Origin: Octopus bimaculoides
Taxonomy: Eukaryota
Length of the DNA: 32,883 nt
Assembly (NCBI RefSeq): GCF_001194135.2
Contig: NC_068999.1
Span: 15,163,277-15,196,159 of the forward strand
Direction: 5' to 3'
The notes under the pieces are model-generated. The model saw nothing but the letters and a program-made list of their open reading frames with translations, was not told where the DNA came from and ran no database searches. Positions 10,101 to 23,589 of this stretch are shown one piece after another (within the stretch, counting starts at the first letter, position 1; each line of letters starts with the position of its first letter). Made by a program: the position numbers and the translations under genes.

Positions 10101-12549
10101 CGTTTGTGAATTTCTTTTGCAAGGTTGTTGATGTGAAATCGTGTACTGAAAAAGGTATTGTTACATTTCCGACTGGTCCTTTGTTTTTGGGTGGGTGGAG
10201 AGTGACTAAATAAACACGCACTATATATTCGTTCTTCAATTGTTCATTATTTGATGTCCATTGCCTGGAAATCTTTCGTCACACGCCTGTGGCATCTGTA
10301 GTGACTTTCCATCCCACGTGTATCATGTTTTGTTTAGTCCATTCTGTCTTTCTCTGCTACGTATCTTTATCTGCACATGCGTTTGCGTCTCTATGTGTGT
10401 GTATTTGTGTGCGTGCGTGTTTCGTACACGCTTCTATATATTTTGTATATGTGATTTGTGTATGTATACGTGTTTGTATGAGAAACCTTTATATAATTTA
10501 TAATTCTTTACTTATTTACCTCTGTATTTTTCACATTTCATTCTAAGTATGTGTATGTGTATCTTTCGTTGGTTTGTATACGGGTTTATGCATGACGCTG
10601 TTTGTATCTGCGTCTCACTTTTCTTTCTCCCATTCTGTCTTCAGTTGTCATGTGTCTTAGTGTGGTGGTGGGTGATGCTTTTGCTCCATTCGTATATTCT
10701 GATGAGACTCCATCTGTCTATTACTACATGTATGACTTCTGTAACCTGCCGAGATGACGTGTCTTTCTTATACGTCGATAATACCTTAAAATCCAAGTTA
10801 TTAGCCAAGACTCTACGTTTAATTTAGTATGTTGTTAGGGCACGAGTAGCTTTTGTCCTCTTTCAGATGCACACGATATAAAGAGACAATGGATTAAGCA
10901 GAAGAGGAGAAGACACGTAGGATAAAAGTCGCTGAAAAGATCACATGTACATGACAAAATATTTCCCTATTGACTTAGAACAAAGAACATTAATAAACAG
11001 GTGGCGAACGAATATATGCTGAGTGTGTTTATTTGGGAATTTAAAAAATATACCTTCCCGGGAGAGGGAGAGAAGCATGCATGCATGCATATGCATCCGT
11101 ATGTATGTACGTGCGTTTGGGATTTCGTTTGCATATATTTATATATGTATGCAAGTTGTTGTAGCTAAGTGTGTGCACACATGTGGTGAAGACATTATTA
11201 CTAATCACTCTTTCAATCCATAACTAACATTTCGACTATTCACAGCAGCTCTGCACGTAAAACTGTCGACATATCTGCATATGAATAGGTGATAGAATAA
11301 TAGGAAAAGCGTAGCGAATAGTGTTGCCCACAAACATATTTCATGTGTGTGTCTGATGTCATTTGTAAATGAAACTAGATTCTCACAAATAAAAAAGATG
11401 TTATTATGGAAAAAAAAAAAAAAAATATTTTGTGAAATACATATAAAAGAAACAACGAACACAAATACAAAAGCAGGAATTTGATACTTACCGTTGTTAT
11501 AATCAAGCCGATAAGGCAATTTTACCATTTTCAGTAATATTATCAAGACGAATACATGACAGAAAAAAGGAAAAAGAGAAACTACCCTGTTGGAAATGGG
11601 AAAAAAATATATATATATATAAATCTGCATTAACAAAACAGGAAAACAATAATAATTGAATAAAATAGAAACACGTGCATATGTTCTACTTNNNNNNNNN
11701 NNNNNNNNNNNNNNNNNNNNNNNNNNNNNNNNNNNNNNNNNNNNNNNNNNNNNNNNNNNNNNNNNNNNNNNNNNNNNNNNNNNNNNNNNNNNNNNNNNNN
11801 NNNNNNNNNNNNNNNNNNNNNNNNNNNNNNNNNNNNNNNNNNNNNNNNNNNNNNNNNNNNNNNNNNNNNNNNNNNNNNNNNNNNNNNNNNNNNNNNNNNN
11901 NNNNNNNNNNNNNNNNNNNNNNNNNNNNNNNNNNNNNNNNNNNNNNNNNNNNNNNNNNNNNNNNNNNNNNNNNNNNNNNNNNNNNNNNNNNNNNNNNNNN
12001 NNNNNNNNNNNNNNNNNNNNNNNNNNNNNNNNNNNNNNNNNNNNNNNNNNNNNNNNNNNNNNNNNNNNNNNNNNNNNNNNNNNNNNNNNNNNNNNNNNNN
12101 NNNNNNNNNNNNNNNNNNNNNNNNNNNNNNNNNNNNNNNNNNNNNNNNNNNNNNNNNNNNNNNNNNNNNNNNNNNNNNNNNNNNNNNNNNNNNNNNNNNN
12201 NNNNNNNNNNNNNNNNNNNNNNNNNNNNNNNNNNNNNNNNNNNNNNNNNNNNNNNNNNNNNNNNNNNNNNNNNNNNNNNNNNNNNNNNNNNNNNNNNNNN
12301 NNNNNNNNNNNNNNNNNNNNNNNNNNNNNNNNNNNNNNNNNNNNNNNNNNATATATATACGCCTACGCAGATACATATAAAACAATTATCTGATTATATA
12401 TATGCACGTATATATCCCTAAATATATAGATGCATACATTCATACCAATAAGTACTTGCTTATGGAAGAGTGCGTGCATATGATAGTGATGTAGATGTGT
12501 GTATCGTGCGCGCGAAAACGTAAACGTACAGGAATAAAACGCACGCACG

Positions 12550-12591
<42 letters not shown>

Positions 12592-13339
12592 AGCACACAT
12601 AAATAGTAGCGAAGTGAGTAAAGACATGCTTCTGTGTTCATCAGTGAATAACCTATTGGCAAAAGACAATGAGTTCCATTGCATTGCAGACAATAAATTA
12701 GGATGAATATACAAAAGATGAAGAAAGAAAAAAAAAAAGACACGAAACCAAATAAAGAAACATACGAGAAATAATAATAGTAATAATAATAAGAAGAATA
12801 ACAATAAGAAGAACAATAAAACGAGGATGATGAAAACGACATAGAAGGAGAAAACCTAAGCAATATATGGACGCAACGAGTAGGAATTGACAACCACTAC
12901 AACGACGATGAGAGAGACGATTTGCTGGCAAAGTAAGTAATAATCGGTAATGATAAGATATCGTCTGAGTTTGAAGGGTTACAGTATAGTGTTATCTTCT
13001 TAGTACGATATTGTTATCACCTCTTGACATTCACATTACAGTTTTCTATTACAGCGTACAAAAGACAGACACGTTTTTCTAAGAAAGCGATAAACATAAT
13101 TTTCTACTTTTACGATCCGATCATACTTTCTAATTTCGCGTTAAACCGTTAAACAGCAAGCACATGCAGGTAAGTACCGTTAGCTAGGAGACTTTACCAA
13201 TTTCAATTGAAGTTTTATAGGTGGTATTGAGGAATATATGCAGAGTGGATAATTAAAATATATATGCATGTATATACATACATATAAATATATATGAATG
13301 CATTTATGTATATGTGTTTATATATGCATATATATATAT

Positions 13340-13382
<43 letters not shown>

Positions 13383-15278
13383 TATATATATATATTTATN
13401 NNNNNNNNNNNNNNNNNNNNNNNNNNNNNNNNNNNNNNNNNNNNNNNNNNNNNNNNNNNNNNNNNNNNNNNNNNNNNNNNNNNNNNNNNNNNNNNNNNNN
13501 NNNNNNNNNNNNNNNNNNNNNNNNNNNNNNNNNNNNNNNNNNNNNNNNNNNNNNNNNNNNNNNNNNNNNNNNNNNNNNNNNNNNNNNNNNNNNNNNNNNN
13601 NNNNNNNNNNNNNNNNNNNNNNNNNNNNNNNNNNNNNNNNNNNNNNNNNNNNNNNNNNNNNNNNNNNNNNNNNNNNNNNNNNNNNNNNNNNNNNNNNNNN
13701 NNNNNNNNNNNNNNNNNNNNNNNNNNNNNNNNNNNNNNNNNNNNNNNNNNNNNNNNNNNNNNNNNNNNNNNNNNNNNNNNNNNNNNNNNNNNNNNNNNNN
13801 NNNNNNNNNNNNNNNNNNNNNNNNNNNNNNNNNNNNNNNNNNNNNNNNNNNNNNNNNNNNNNNNNNNNNNNNNNNNNNNNNNNNNNNNNNNNNNNNNNNN
13901 NNNNNNNNNNNNNNNNNNNNNNNNNNNNNNNNNNNNNATATATATGTATGTATGTATGTACGTATGTATGCATGCATGCGTGTATGTATGTGTGTATAAG
14001 TGTATGTATGCACATATTTCTTTTACAGATATCAGTAAATCGGTACGCTTTATGCATTGACTGAATTATTGAATTTATATTTCGTGTATTTTGTTTCAAA
14101 TGGTCTGAGGTGTTATTTGTTTCGCTGTAATCACAAGGCCAATAATTTCTCTCTCTGGTATATGATAAATGCAATGCACAATTTACACCGTCACCTTAAC
14201 TTTATGTGCCTGCTATGTCTATGCATAATACATCTTTGCATGCAAATAATGTTGAATGATGACATGTATATTATGAATATTTATATATTAGGAATTTTGG
14301 TATGGTGATAGAGACAATAACATGTAGAACTTCAAATATGAGTATATGTATATTATTATTAATATCGTGGTGAAGCAGCAGAGTGATTCAAGAGCAGAGA
14401 GTTTTGTGTGTTGGCCCTTATATAAACCTACAGCTATTCAACCTGGAACTTATATAATCTCGTAGCTCTTTGTCCTGTAACTATATATATATATATATAN
14501 NNNNNNNNNNNNNNNNNNNNNNNNNNNNNNNNNNNNNNNNNNNNNNNNNNNNNNNNNNNNNNNNNNNNNNNNNNNNNNNNNNNNNNNNNNNNNNNNNNNN
14601 NNNNNNNNNNNNNNNNNNNNNNNNNNNNNNNNNNNNNNNNNNNNNNNNNNNNNNNNNNNNNNNNNNNNNNNNNNNNNNNNNNNNNNNNNNNNNNNNNNNN
14701 NNNNNNNNNNNNNNNNNNNNNNNNNNNNNNNNNNNNNNNNNNNNNNNNNNNNNNNNNNNNNNNNNNNNNNNNNNNNNNNNNNNNNNNNNNNNNNNNNNNN
14801 NNNNNNNNNNNNNNNNNNNNNNNNNNNNNNNNNNNNNNNNNNNNNNNNNNNNNNNNNNNNNNNNNNNNNNNNNNNNNNNNNNNNNNNNNNNNNNNNNNNN
14901 NNNNNNNNNNNNNNNNNNNNNNNNNNNNNNNNNNNNNNNNNNNNNNNNNNNNNNNNNNNNNNNNNNNNNNNNNNNNNNNNNNNNNNNNNNNNNNNNNNNN
15001 NNNNNNNNNNNNNNNNNNNNNNNNNNNNNNNNNNNNNNNNNNNNNNNNNNNNNNNNNNNNNNNNNNNNNNNNNNNNNNNNNNNNNNNNNNNNNNNNNNNN
15101 NNNNNNNNNNNNNNNNNNNNNNNNNNNNNNNNNNNNNNNNNNNNNNNNNNNNNNNNNNNNNNNNNNNNNNNNNNNNNNNNNNNNNNNNNNNNNNNNNNNN
15201 NNNNNNNNNNNNNNNNNNNNNNNNNNNNNNNNNNNNNNNNNNNNNNNNNNNNNNNNNNNNNNNNNNNNNNNNNNNNNN

Positions 15279-16172
15279 AATATTTTCATGTTATTTATGA
15301 ACAGGACGAGCATGTATATTCATTGGAGAAGATAGTCTATAGATAACTGCGTGTAAATATTGTGTTTATAAATCTTGGGATACAAAAATTCAAAGGTTAC
15401 CCGTAGGACTTGTATCCACTATTGGATCCTTTGAATTTCTCCATCCATAAGACTTTATGTCGCTGATAAGAATAATAGTTCTAAAATGGATACCTGTATT
15501 CGAACGATTAATTAGTTTAATGAAATCTCTTATGATTACATTATGTGTCCCGAGTTTTGATTATAACTTCTCTATTTCATGATTCTACCTTTCGAAAAAT
15601 ACTATTTCATATTCTCCTGTCCTGAAGTTTGTAACTTTAAACGCGCCTGTGTGTGTGTGTGTGCGCACACACACACACACACACACACACANNNNNNNNN
15701 NGAATAAGGGTATCTTTGTGTCTTTGTGTCAATGTATGTTCCCCACTCCGATATCACGGTTTGGGAACCGGTGTTGGTGTGTTTATGCGCCACTGACCAA
15801 GCGGGTCAGTAAAAGAAGAGGATGAAATAAGTACTACGCTTAAGAAATAGGTCCTGAGGACGATTTGTTCGAGTAAATCCCCTCAAAGCGATGCTCCAAC
15901 ATGAGCGCTGGCAAAATGAATGAAACTATTAAAAGATGTAAGATAAAAGATGCACAAATATTTTCATGTTATTTATGAACAGGACGAGCATGTATATTCA
16001 TTGGAGAAGATAGTCTATAGATAACTGCGTGTAAATATTGTGTTTATAAATCTTGGGATACAAAAATTCAAAGGTTACCCGTAGGACTTGTATCCACTAT
16101 TGGATCCTTTGAATTTCTCCATCCATAAGACTTTATGTCGCTGATAAGAATAATAGTTCTAAAATGGATACC
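15279..16172 (+). repeat. Exact 216-bp direct repeat (15279-15494 = 15957-16172) bounding the segment between two large gaps
   Basis: The two copies read identical at an offset of 678 bp; the first starts at a gap edge and the second ends at one. Confidence 0.9.
15712..15950 (+). mobile_element. 3' tail of the CORE-like SINE family
   Basis: GGTGTTGGTGTGTTTATG, AAATAAGTACTACGCTT, GTCCTGAGGACGATTTGTTCGA and GCGATGCTCCAACATG match 28540-28680. Confidence 0.75.
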
Positions 16173-17676
16173 NNNNNNNNNNNNNNNNNNNNNNNNNNNN
16201 NNNNNNNNNNNNNNNNNNNNNNNNNNNNNNNNNNNNNNNNNNNNNNNNNNNNNNNNNNNNNNNNNNNNNNNNNNNNNNNNNNNNNNNNNNNNNNNNNNNN
16301 NNNNNNNNNNNNNNNNNNNNNNNNNNNNNNNNNNNNNNNNNNNNNNNNNNNNNNNNNNNNNNNNNNNNNNNNNNNNNNNNNNNNNNNNNNNNNNNNNNNN
16401 NNNNNNNNNNNNNNNNNNNNNNNNNNNNNNNNNNNNNNNNNNNNNNNNNNNNNNNNNNNNNNNNNNNNNNNNNNNNNNNNNNNNNNNNNNNNNNNNNNNN
16501 NNNNNNNNNNNNNNNNNNNNNNNNNNNNNNNNNNNNNNNNNNNNNNNNNNNNNNNNNNNNNNNNNNNNNNNNNNNNNNNNNNNNNNNNNNNNNNNNNNNN
16601 NNNNNNNNNNNNNNNNNNNNNNNNNNNNNNNNNNNNNNNNNNNNNNNNNNNNNNNNNNNNNNNNNNNNNNNNNNNNNNNNNNNNNNNNNNNNNNNNNNNN
16701 NNNNNNNNNNNNNNNNNNNNNNNNNNNNNNNNNNNNNNNNNNNNNNNNNNNNNNNNNNNNNNNNNNNNNNNNNNNNNNNNNNNNNNNNNNNNNNNNNNNN
16801 NNNTATATATATATACGTACGTATATATGAATGTATACAATCTGGCTTTCCACAGGTTTCCGATAAACAATTCTCTGATTGTGGTGTTCTTTGTCTGCAG
16901 GATGTTACATTGTAGTATGGTTTCTAAATCAAGCTTTACGCTATATAACAAAAATATTTTACATTTTCGTTTTATATCCTGAAGAGTTTTATTTCTCAGT
17001 ATAATCTTCCTAAAATCTAAAAGAGATCTTGATGCTCTCGAAATTTCGCTATTGTGATGCTGGGTATAACTTAAAATTTCCCTCTGTAAAAATCTTTTCG
17101 GATACAGATAAATTCTTTCATCTGTAGATGATAGAATTTTTCATTTTTTTACTTTAGTGAAATTTGAAAAACAAATTTTTGAGATATTGAATATTATATA
17201 ATGCCAACTTCTTAAGCGTATCATTTTAATTTTGTAGCAACTACGTAAGTAGACAACACTATCATTATTATTGGAGATTATGCGAAGCGGTTGCAATTAT
17301 TTGCCTCATGAATTTTTCCAATTTGTGAAGTCAATATTGAAAAAAATACGCTATCACTGCATTCATTAATAGGTTTGAGGCTTGCATGATGTAATATACG
17401 CTCTCATATGGACCAATAACAAACCTCGGGTACTCGGTTTGGCCCCGAGAACACTGACAAAGAAATAAAATAATAAAAGACGCATGTTCGTTCCATGGGA
17501 GATATTCGTTTTCCTTCTTTGAAAACTGGAAATATATTTCATGGAAACCGAACAGAATACTGAACAGTCTTCATATAAGTATAGTTGCCCAGGTAAAACA
17601 TATTTAATTTTTGTTAATAAATATTTGTATATGGAGGAAGGTTCTTTCGAAGAAAGTAGCAGAATGGATTAAACGT

Positions 17677-17748
17677 TTCTTCTTCTTCTTCTTCTTCTTC
17701 TTCTTCTTCTTCTACTGCTGCTGCTGCTGCTGCTACTACTACTACTAC
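17677..17748 (+). repeat. Compound trinucleotide repeat (TTC)n(CTG)n(CTA)n
   Basis: Directly visible. Confidence 0.95.
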
Positions 17749-17821
17749 CTTCAACGCAGTGCTCCATGTTACACATTGTTCAATGCCTGTCACAACTACA
17801 ATAATAATAATAAAAAAAATA

Positions 17822-17975
17822 TGTATGGCCGTGTGGTTAAGTTGTTCCGCTTTCAGTCACGTAGATTCGCTTTCAGTACAACAGGGCCCCTTGGAAAAGT
17901 GTTTTTCACTGTAGATATGGGGCGACAAATGCATTGTTTGTAAATACGTTAGACCGAAACTCTGTGGAATCCTCT
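17822..17975 (+). mobile_element. Degenerate tRNA-derived CORE-like SINE head
   Basis: TGGCCGTGTGGTTAAG (A-box-like), CCCTTGGAAAAGTGT (core-like) and GACCGAAACT align loosely with 28291-28445. Confidence 0.55.
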
Positions 17976-18755
17976 CTTAAATATATCATTTTTCCCTCGT
18001 TCCTCTTTTATTTATTTATGTCATGGACTGCGGTTATGCTAAAGGAATCACTCCGGGACTTATATATTCTTAATCGTGGTACCTATTCTATCATTCATCT
18101 TTTGCCGCACCGCTAATTTATGGAGCGTTATGCAAAACAATACCGGTTGTTATGCGCTGATTGGGGACAAACTGATACATAATCACACAAACACAAACGC
18201 ACACATATACGTACATACATAGAGGAAACATCTACGTTAGAGCTACTTCTGTTTAAGCGATTTCGCGCTGACTGAGACTGTGAAGTATGACCATTAATTC
18301 CGGGATGCGGTAGCTAACTTCGTTCTTAAAGTAACTTGTATTGCGTAGTTTTACATTGTATGCATATGCATATGTATGTATGTATTTATGCATGTATGTA
18401 TGTATGTATGTATTATGTAAGTATGCGTATGTGTGTGTTTTACTGTCATGAACTCAAACACAATCACCAACAACAACAACAGAAATATGGAACATGAAGT
18501 AGATAATCACATCCATTTCAAATATAAACATGTAATGTAGTATCCTAGAGTATATAAATGATTAAATAAAATGTCTTGATCTTAGTCCTATGAGGATTGA
18601 GTTCAGACCAAATTGTAACAACATGCAATTAGCAAAACAATATGACCACTACATTACCAACAATACCGGTTCACCATCATAAACATTTAAACCAATGCCA
18701 TCTACATGATTGAACCGATCAACAAATCAACTATCGTATCCAACTGGTAATAATA

Positions 18756-18973
18756 CTAGGGGGTGCTGAAAATTCCTGCCTTTAAAGGTGTCGGGAATGA
18801 ACGTGTTCGAGGCACAACCTTATGTGTTCTTCTACAGAGCTTAGACACACTGAAAGACCATTGCAATAAGTGTATGAATCTGAGAGGTGAATATTTTGTA
18901 TAAAATCATAATAAACTAATCCTCCTGTATTTTCTTTTAAACAAAGCCAGACATTTTTATCCACCCACCACCG
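18756..18973 (+). mobile_element. Mariner-derived MITE with degenerate TIRs and TA flanks
   Basis: TA at 18754-55 and 18974-75; left end GGGGGTGCTGAAAATTCCTGCCTTT versus right end AAAGCCAGACATTTTTATCCACCC. Internal LDTLKDHCNKCMNLRGEYFV* resembles a mariner transposase C-terminus. Confidence 0.7.
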
Positions 18974-19004
18974 TAGATATGTGCGTTTTCCTGATTGCGC
19001 ATGT

Positions 19005-20001
19005 CTGAGTGTGTATGAAAACACAAGCAGCACAGTTTTGAAAGACAAGATCGGAAAATTTTGCAGGTCAACAGCGGTTGTTTCACAAGGATTCCTCCTC
19101 ACCCTGGTGCATTTCAGAATCCTACTCGTGAACATCATGATCTACAGCCCACTGTTTTCATTGCTAAACAGCCCATTTCCAGCATGCCCTTTGCTGATGT
19201 TATTGACCTGTTAATAAGCACTGAAGCAGAACTACATCAGCTTGCCACCAGCTTGGAAAAAATATCAGAAATAATTCGGGAGGAGACCAGCAAAGAAAAG
19301 AGCAAGACAGTAATAACTACAAAAACACTGAAACCAACATCAGGCTAAACGGATAAAGACTTAATGAAGTGGACACCTTCAAGTACTTAGGATCCACTTT
19401 GAACAAAGACGGCAGATCTCAAAAGGAGAAAGCAACAAGACTCTGTGTAGGCTCTGTTGCCATGACGAAACTGAAGACAATATGGAGAACCAAATCCATT
19501 ACTTTTCCAACAAGGCTCAGAGTATATAAAAGTGTGGTTATTTCTATCTTTGTTTATCGATATGAAAGATAAACTCTTGCAGTTGACATGGAGTGAAGTA
19601 TCCGAGTATTTGAGCATACGTAATTCAGGAGGCTGCAACACGTCCTGCACAGAACACAAAACAAACAGCTTTGTCAGGCAGGGAATCAACAAATATGCTG
19701 GCAGGCAGGACTTACTCCTTTGCGTTAGTAAAAAGACAAATGCTTGCCTGGTACGGTCATGTATTCGGTCACAGCTATTTGGGCAAATCATTTTTCAATG
19801 CACAGCGGAGGGAGAGCGAAAGGGAGGCACATAAAGAAAAACTTGGTTTCACAACATCAAGAATTGAACAAGTCAGAACAAACACCGAACCTGCTACGCG
19901 TTACTGAGAAAAGAGACCAGTGGCGACGGCTGAAAACGTAAGCGTCTAGAGTGGAACCACAAAGACAGGCTGCATCATCCAAGGGATCTTGATGATGATG
20001 G
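19005..20001 (+). mobile_element. 5'-truncated, decayed RTE-clade LINE (RT C-terminal half to 3' tail)
   Basis: VYENTSSTVL...VSQGFLLTLVHF (QG..LSP region), PISSMPFADVIDL (FADD mutated), EVDTFKYLGSTL, LRVYKSVVISIFVY, WYGHV and RDQWRRL, ending in a (TGA)n tail at ~19990-20001. Multiple stops and frameshifts. Confidence 0.9.
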
Positions 20002-20904
20002 CATTGATACGTTAAAAGGTACAGTCGACATACTGGGGCCGATATGTTCCACTGCAACCGTTCAAGGCGATGCCCCAGTATAGCTGTACTGTAGAACATA
20101 CAATATATGTATTTATAAGTATGTTTATATATGAAAGTGCGTGTGTATGTGTCTTTGTACATGTGAGGTTGTCTGTGTGATGTAATGTGTCGCAACATCA
20201 TCAGTTCATCCGCATTTTAGATAAAGCTATTTTCGTTTTCTTCATTGGACGCTAGTATGGATGACAGCGCATGGTCGTGGCCCCTATATTTTAAAGGACG
20301 CTTGGTTAGATTTACCAAAACACCTTGGCAGTATGAAAAAGAAAAAGGCAAATTGCTCAATTGTTTGTTGCTGTTTATACAATGAATAAATTTACAAGAT
20401 TTATTCTACAATCTAATATAGAATTCAACCGTGGAATGAAGAAATCTTAAGAATATTTACAGAATGTATTGTTCATGCAATGGCCTGCAGAACATTACAT
20501 GAACAGCGAACATAATCGATGGAATACACTGAAACAGAAAAATAAACGCACCAATGGCCTACATTTCTATTTCTTTCATTCTCGTAAGGCACTTCAAGAA
20601 CTTAAGAAGGGATCATTTCTGTACGCCTTTATTTTTTAGTGCACAGCGACATTGCTATGTGTGCATGTATGTATATGTATGCACATATGTTTAAATATAA
20701 GAGTATGAGCATGAACAAATGTTTGTAACATTTGAAATTAATTTCAAATATATAGTGTTATTGCGTTGCACCATATTGTCATACCCATGGTCCTTTTCTT
20801 CTTTGTTGGAACAGAGGAAATTAAAGCATTTATTTCAAGTATAACGCGAACGATGAAATCACAAGATACAAGGGTAAGCGCCATATATAATTATATTCAT
20901 GTCG

Positions 20905-21097
20905 TGGTTTTAAGCATTCGCACATGGCTAGCAATTTTAGGGACGGTTTAAATACATCAAACCCAGCATTGACCTGCTATTATTTTATCGGACCCGATGA
21001 AGATAAAAGACGACCTCGCTGAAATTTGAACTAAGAACGTAACGCCGGATGAAAGGCCGCTAAATACTTTTGCTAGCGATTCTACCCTCTCGCCACT
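20905..21097 (-). mobile_element. Degenerate copy of the SINE at 1318-1747
   Basis: TTTTATCGGACCCGATGAAGATAAAAG, GACCTCGCTGAAATTTGAACTAAGAACGTA and CCGCTAAATACTTT align with 1400-1500. Confidence 0.7.
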
Positions 21098-23280
21098 TTA
21101 ATCAGTGTTCTAATATTTTTGTGTAACAATATAAGCTAACATTTATTCAGTGCTAGATTATATCGCATAGTGATTCCGATTATCTGCCTATGTGCATGGC
21201 AGAGACACAATCTCTGTGATCAATCTATCGTTACTTTAGCAACATTATACACACATACACACACACACACATCTATATATGTGTGTATATAGGTATATAC
21301 ATATATATATATATATATATANNNNNNNNNNNNNNNNNNNNNNNNNNNNNNNNNNNNNNNNNNNNNNNNNNNNNNNNNNNNNNNNNNNNNNNNNNNNNNN
21401 NNNNNNNNNNNNNNNNNNNNNNNNNNNNNNNNNNNNNNNNNNNNNNNNNNNNNNNNNNNNNNNNNNNNNNNNNNNNNNNNNNNNNNNNNNNNNNNNNNNN
21501 NNNNNNNNNNNNNNNNNNNNNNNNNNNNNNNNNNNNNNNNNNNNNNNNNNNNNNNNNNNNNNNNNNNNNNNNNNNNNNNNNNNNNNNNNNNNNNNNNNNN
21601 NNNNNNNNNNNNNNNNNNNNNNNNNNNNNNNNNNNNNNNNNNNNNNNNNNNNNNNNNNNNNNNNNNNNNNNNNNNNNNNNNNNNNNNNNNNNNNNNNNNN
21701 NNNNNNNNNNNNNNNNNNNNNNNNNNNNNNNNNNNNNNNNNNNNNNNNNNNNNNNNNNNNNNNNNNNNNNNNNNNNNNNNNNNNNNNNNNNNNNNNNNNN
21801 NNNNNNNNNNNNNNNNNNNNNNNNNNNNNNNNNNNNNNNNNNNNNNNNNNNNNNNNNNNNNNNNNNNNNNNNNNNNNNNNNNNNNNNNNNNNNNNNNNNN
21901 NNNATATATATATATATATATACCATATATATATAATTATTTATATATGTATGTATATGTATTTACGTATGTGTGTATGTATGTACGTGTGTATGGATGA
22001 ATATACATTCACAAACGTATATACATTTGCATACAACTATTTCTATATCGTGCATCTATGGTAATGTTTTGAATATAATCAATGCTTTACAGGATTGCAT
22101 CAGGAAAATTATACAGCGTTGTGTATTGTATAGAAACATCATAATCTTCTCAGAGGAGAAGCGATAAAGTAGTACTTTCCAATTCTAATACATTATGCAA
22201 CCAACAACTCAGTATTTCTTTGACACAAGATAATCATGCTGTAGAGCTTTGTCCATATACTTTATCTAAAGAAATCTTTGTGATACTTACATGCGTAATG
22301 TCAATATGCCTTAATCTGACATATTTCCTATACTATTTATGTAAATCACAAAACTTTACTGGTTCTTATCGTAAATATTACATGTTAACGAAGACAGGTG
22401 GAATGCCATTATAAACCACTCCTTATAGTTTCAGCTTCGCATTGAATATATGTTAAGGCAACGAATATCCAATGTACTCACAATCTAAAAGGTCAGTTCA
22501 AAGACCGTTGTGTCGAAATTTGTAGCTGTCATGTTTACGTCTTTCGTTTCTGTGATATGGTTTTATGGATTCTAATCTATTTTCATACTCCATATGTTTC
22601 CATTGAATACGTACATCCCTTATAACTTGTGAAGATACCGTATGAAGAAATAGGATGAACCAGCATGAAATGGTCGCTGTTAATGGCATCTACTTTACCG
22701 AAACTTTAAGCAAACCGATGCTTTAAGGTTGATACCGAACATTTTCAACACACTGGATAATATCTAAAGACGGAAGTATATCAAAGAAAAACAGTTAATA
22801 ACTTTCAACCTGATAACCTTTTTACTTCGCAAAATGTGATTCATATTCTTGTAAATGAGAACACATGCATTCATTCTATCGTACGTGTAATGTCCATATT
22901 ATACACTCTTCTCTTTTATAATCAAACGTAAAGAGGGCAAAGTTACAGAAAAATATATGCTGCTAAATTTCCACGCACACAATGCAACACACTAATGTAA
23001 ATTATAAACACAGAGCTATTATCATTAATGATGCTACAATGAAAGTGGTGGGCGCTGTTGAAATTTGAACAACTTGTAAGGAAGGGAAGGAATATCATAC
23101 ATTTCACGCCACATACACTCACTACATTCAGGAAATTACTGAACTGCAGAAATTCATACTTCTAAACTGAATTAAGATAAATCCACAGATCACAAATTAA
23201 TTAATAGTACATATGGCTGTAAGTAAATTTAAAGCCATATATAAAATTAATATATGATTATTTTTATGTACGAACGTCCG

Positions 23281-23321
<41 letters not shown>

Positions 23322-23589
23322 NNNNNNNNNNNNNNNNNNNNNNNNNNNNNNNNNNNNNNNNNNNNNNNNNNNNNNNNNNNNNNNNNNNNNNNNNNNNNNN
23401 NNNNNNNNNNNNNNNNNNNNNNNNNNNNNNNNNNNNNNNNNNNNNNNNNNNNNNNNNNNNNNNNNNNNNNNNNNNNNNNNNNNNNNNNNNNNNNNNNNNN
23501 NNNNNNNNNNNNNNNNNNNNNNNNTATATATGCATATCAGGCTGAGTTAAATGTATGCAACGTGTTTAAACATGAAATTCATCACAAGA

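Noticed and set aside
12820-12937. Acidic 38-codon stretch ending near GTAAGT
   Set aside because: It grades out of degenerate trinucleotide repeats, has no pyrimidine-rich acceptor and is bounded by stops.
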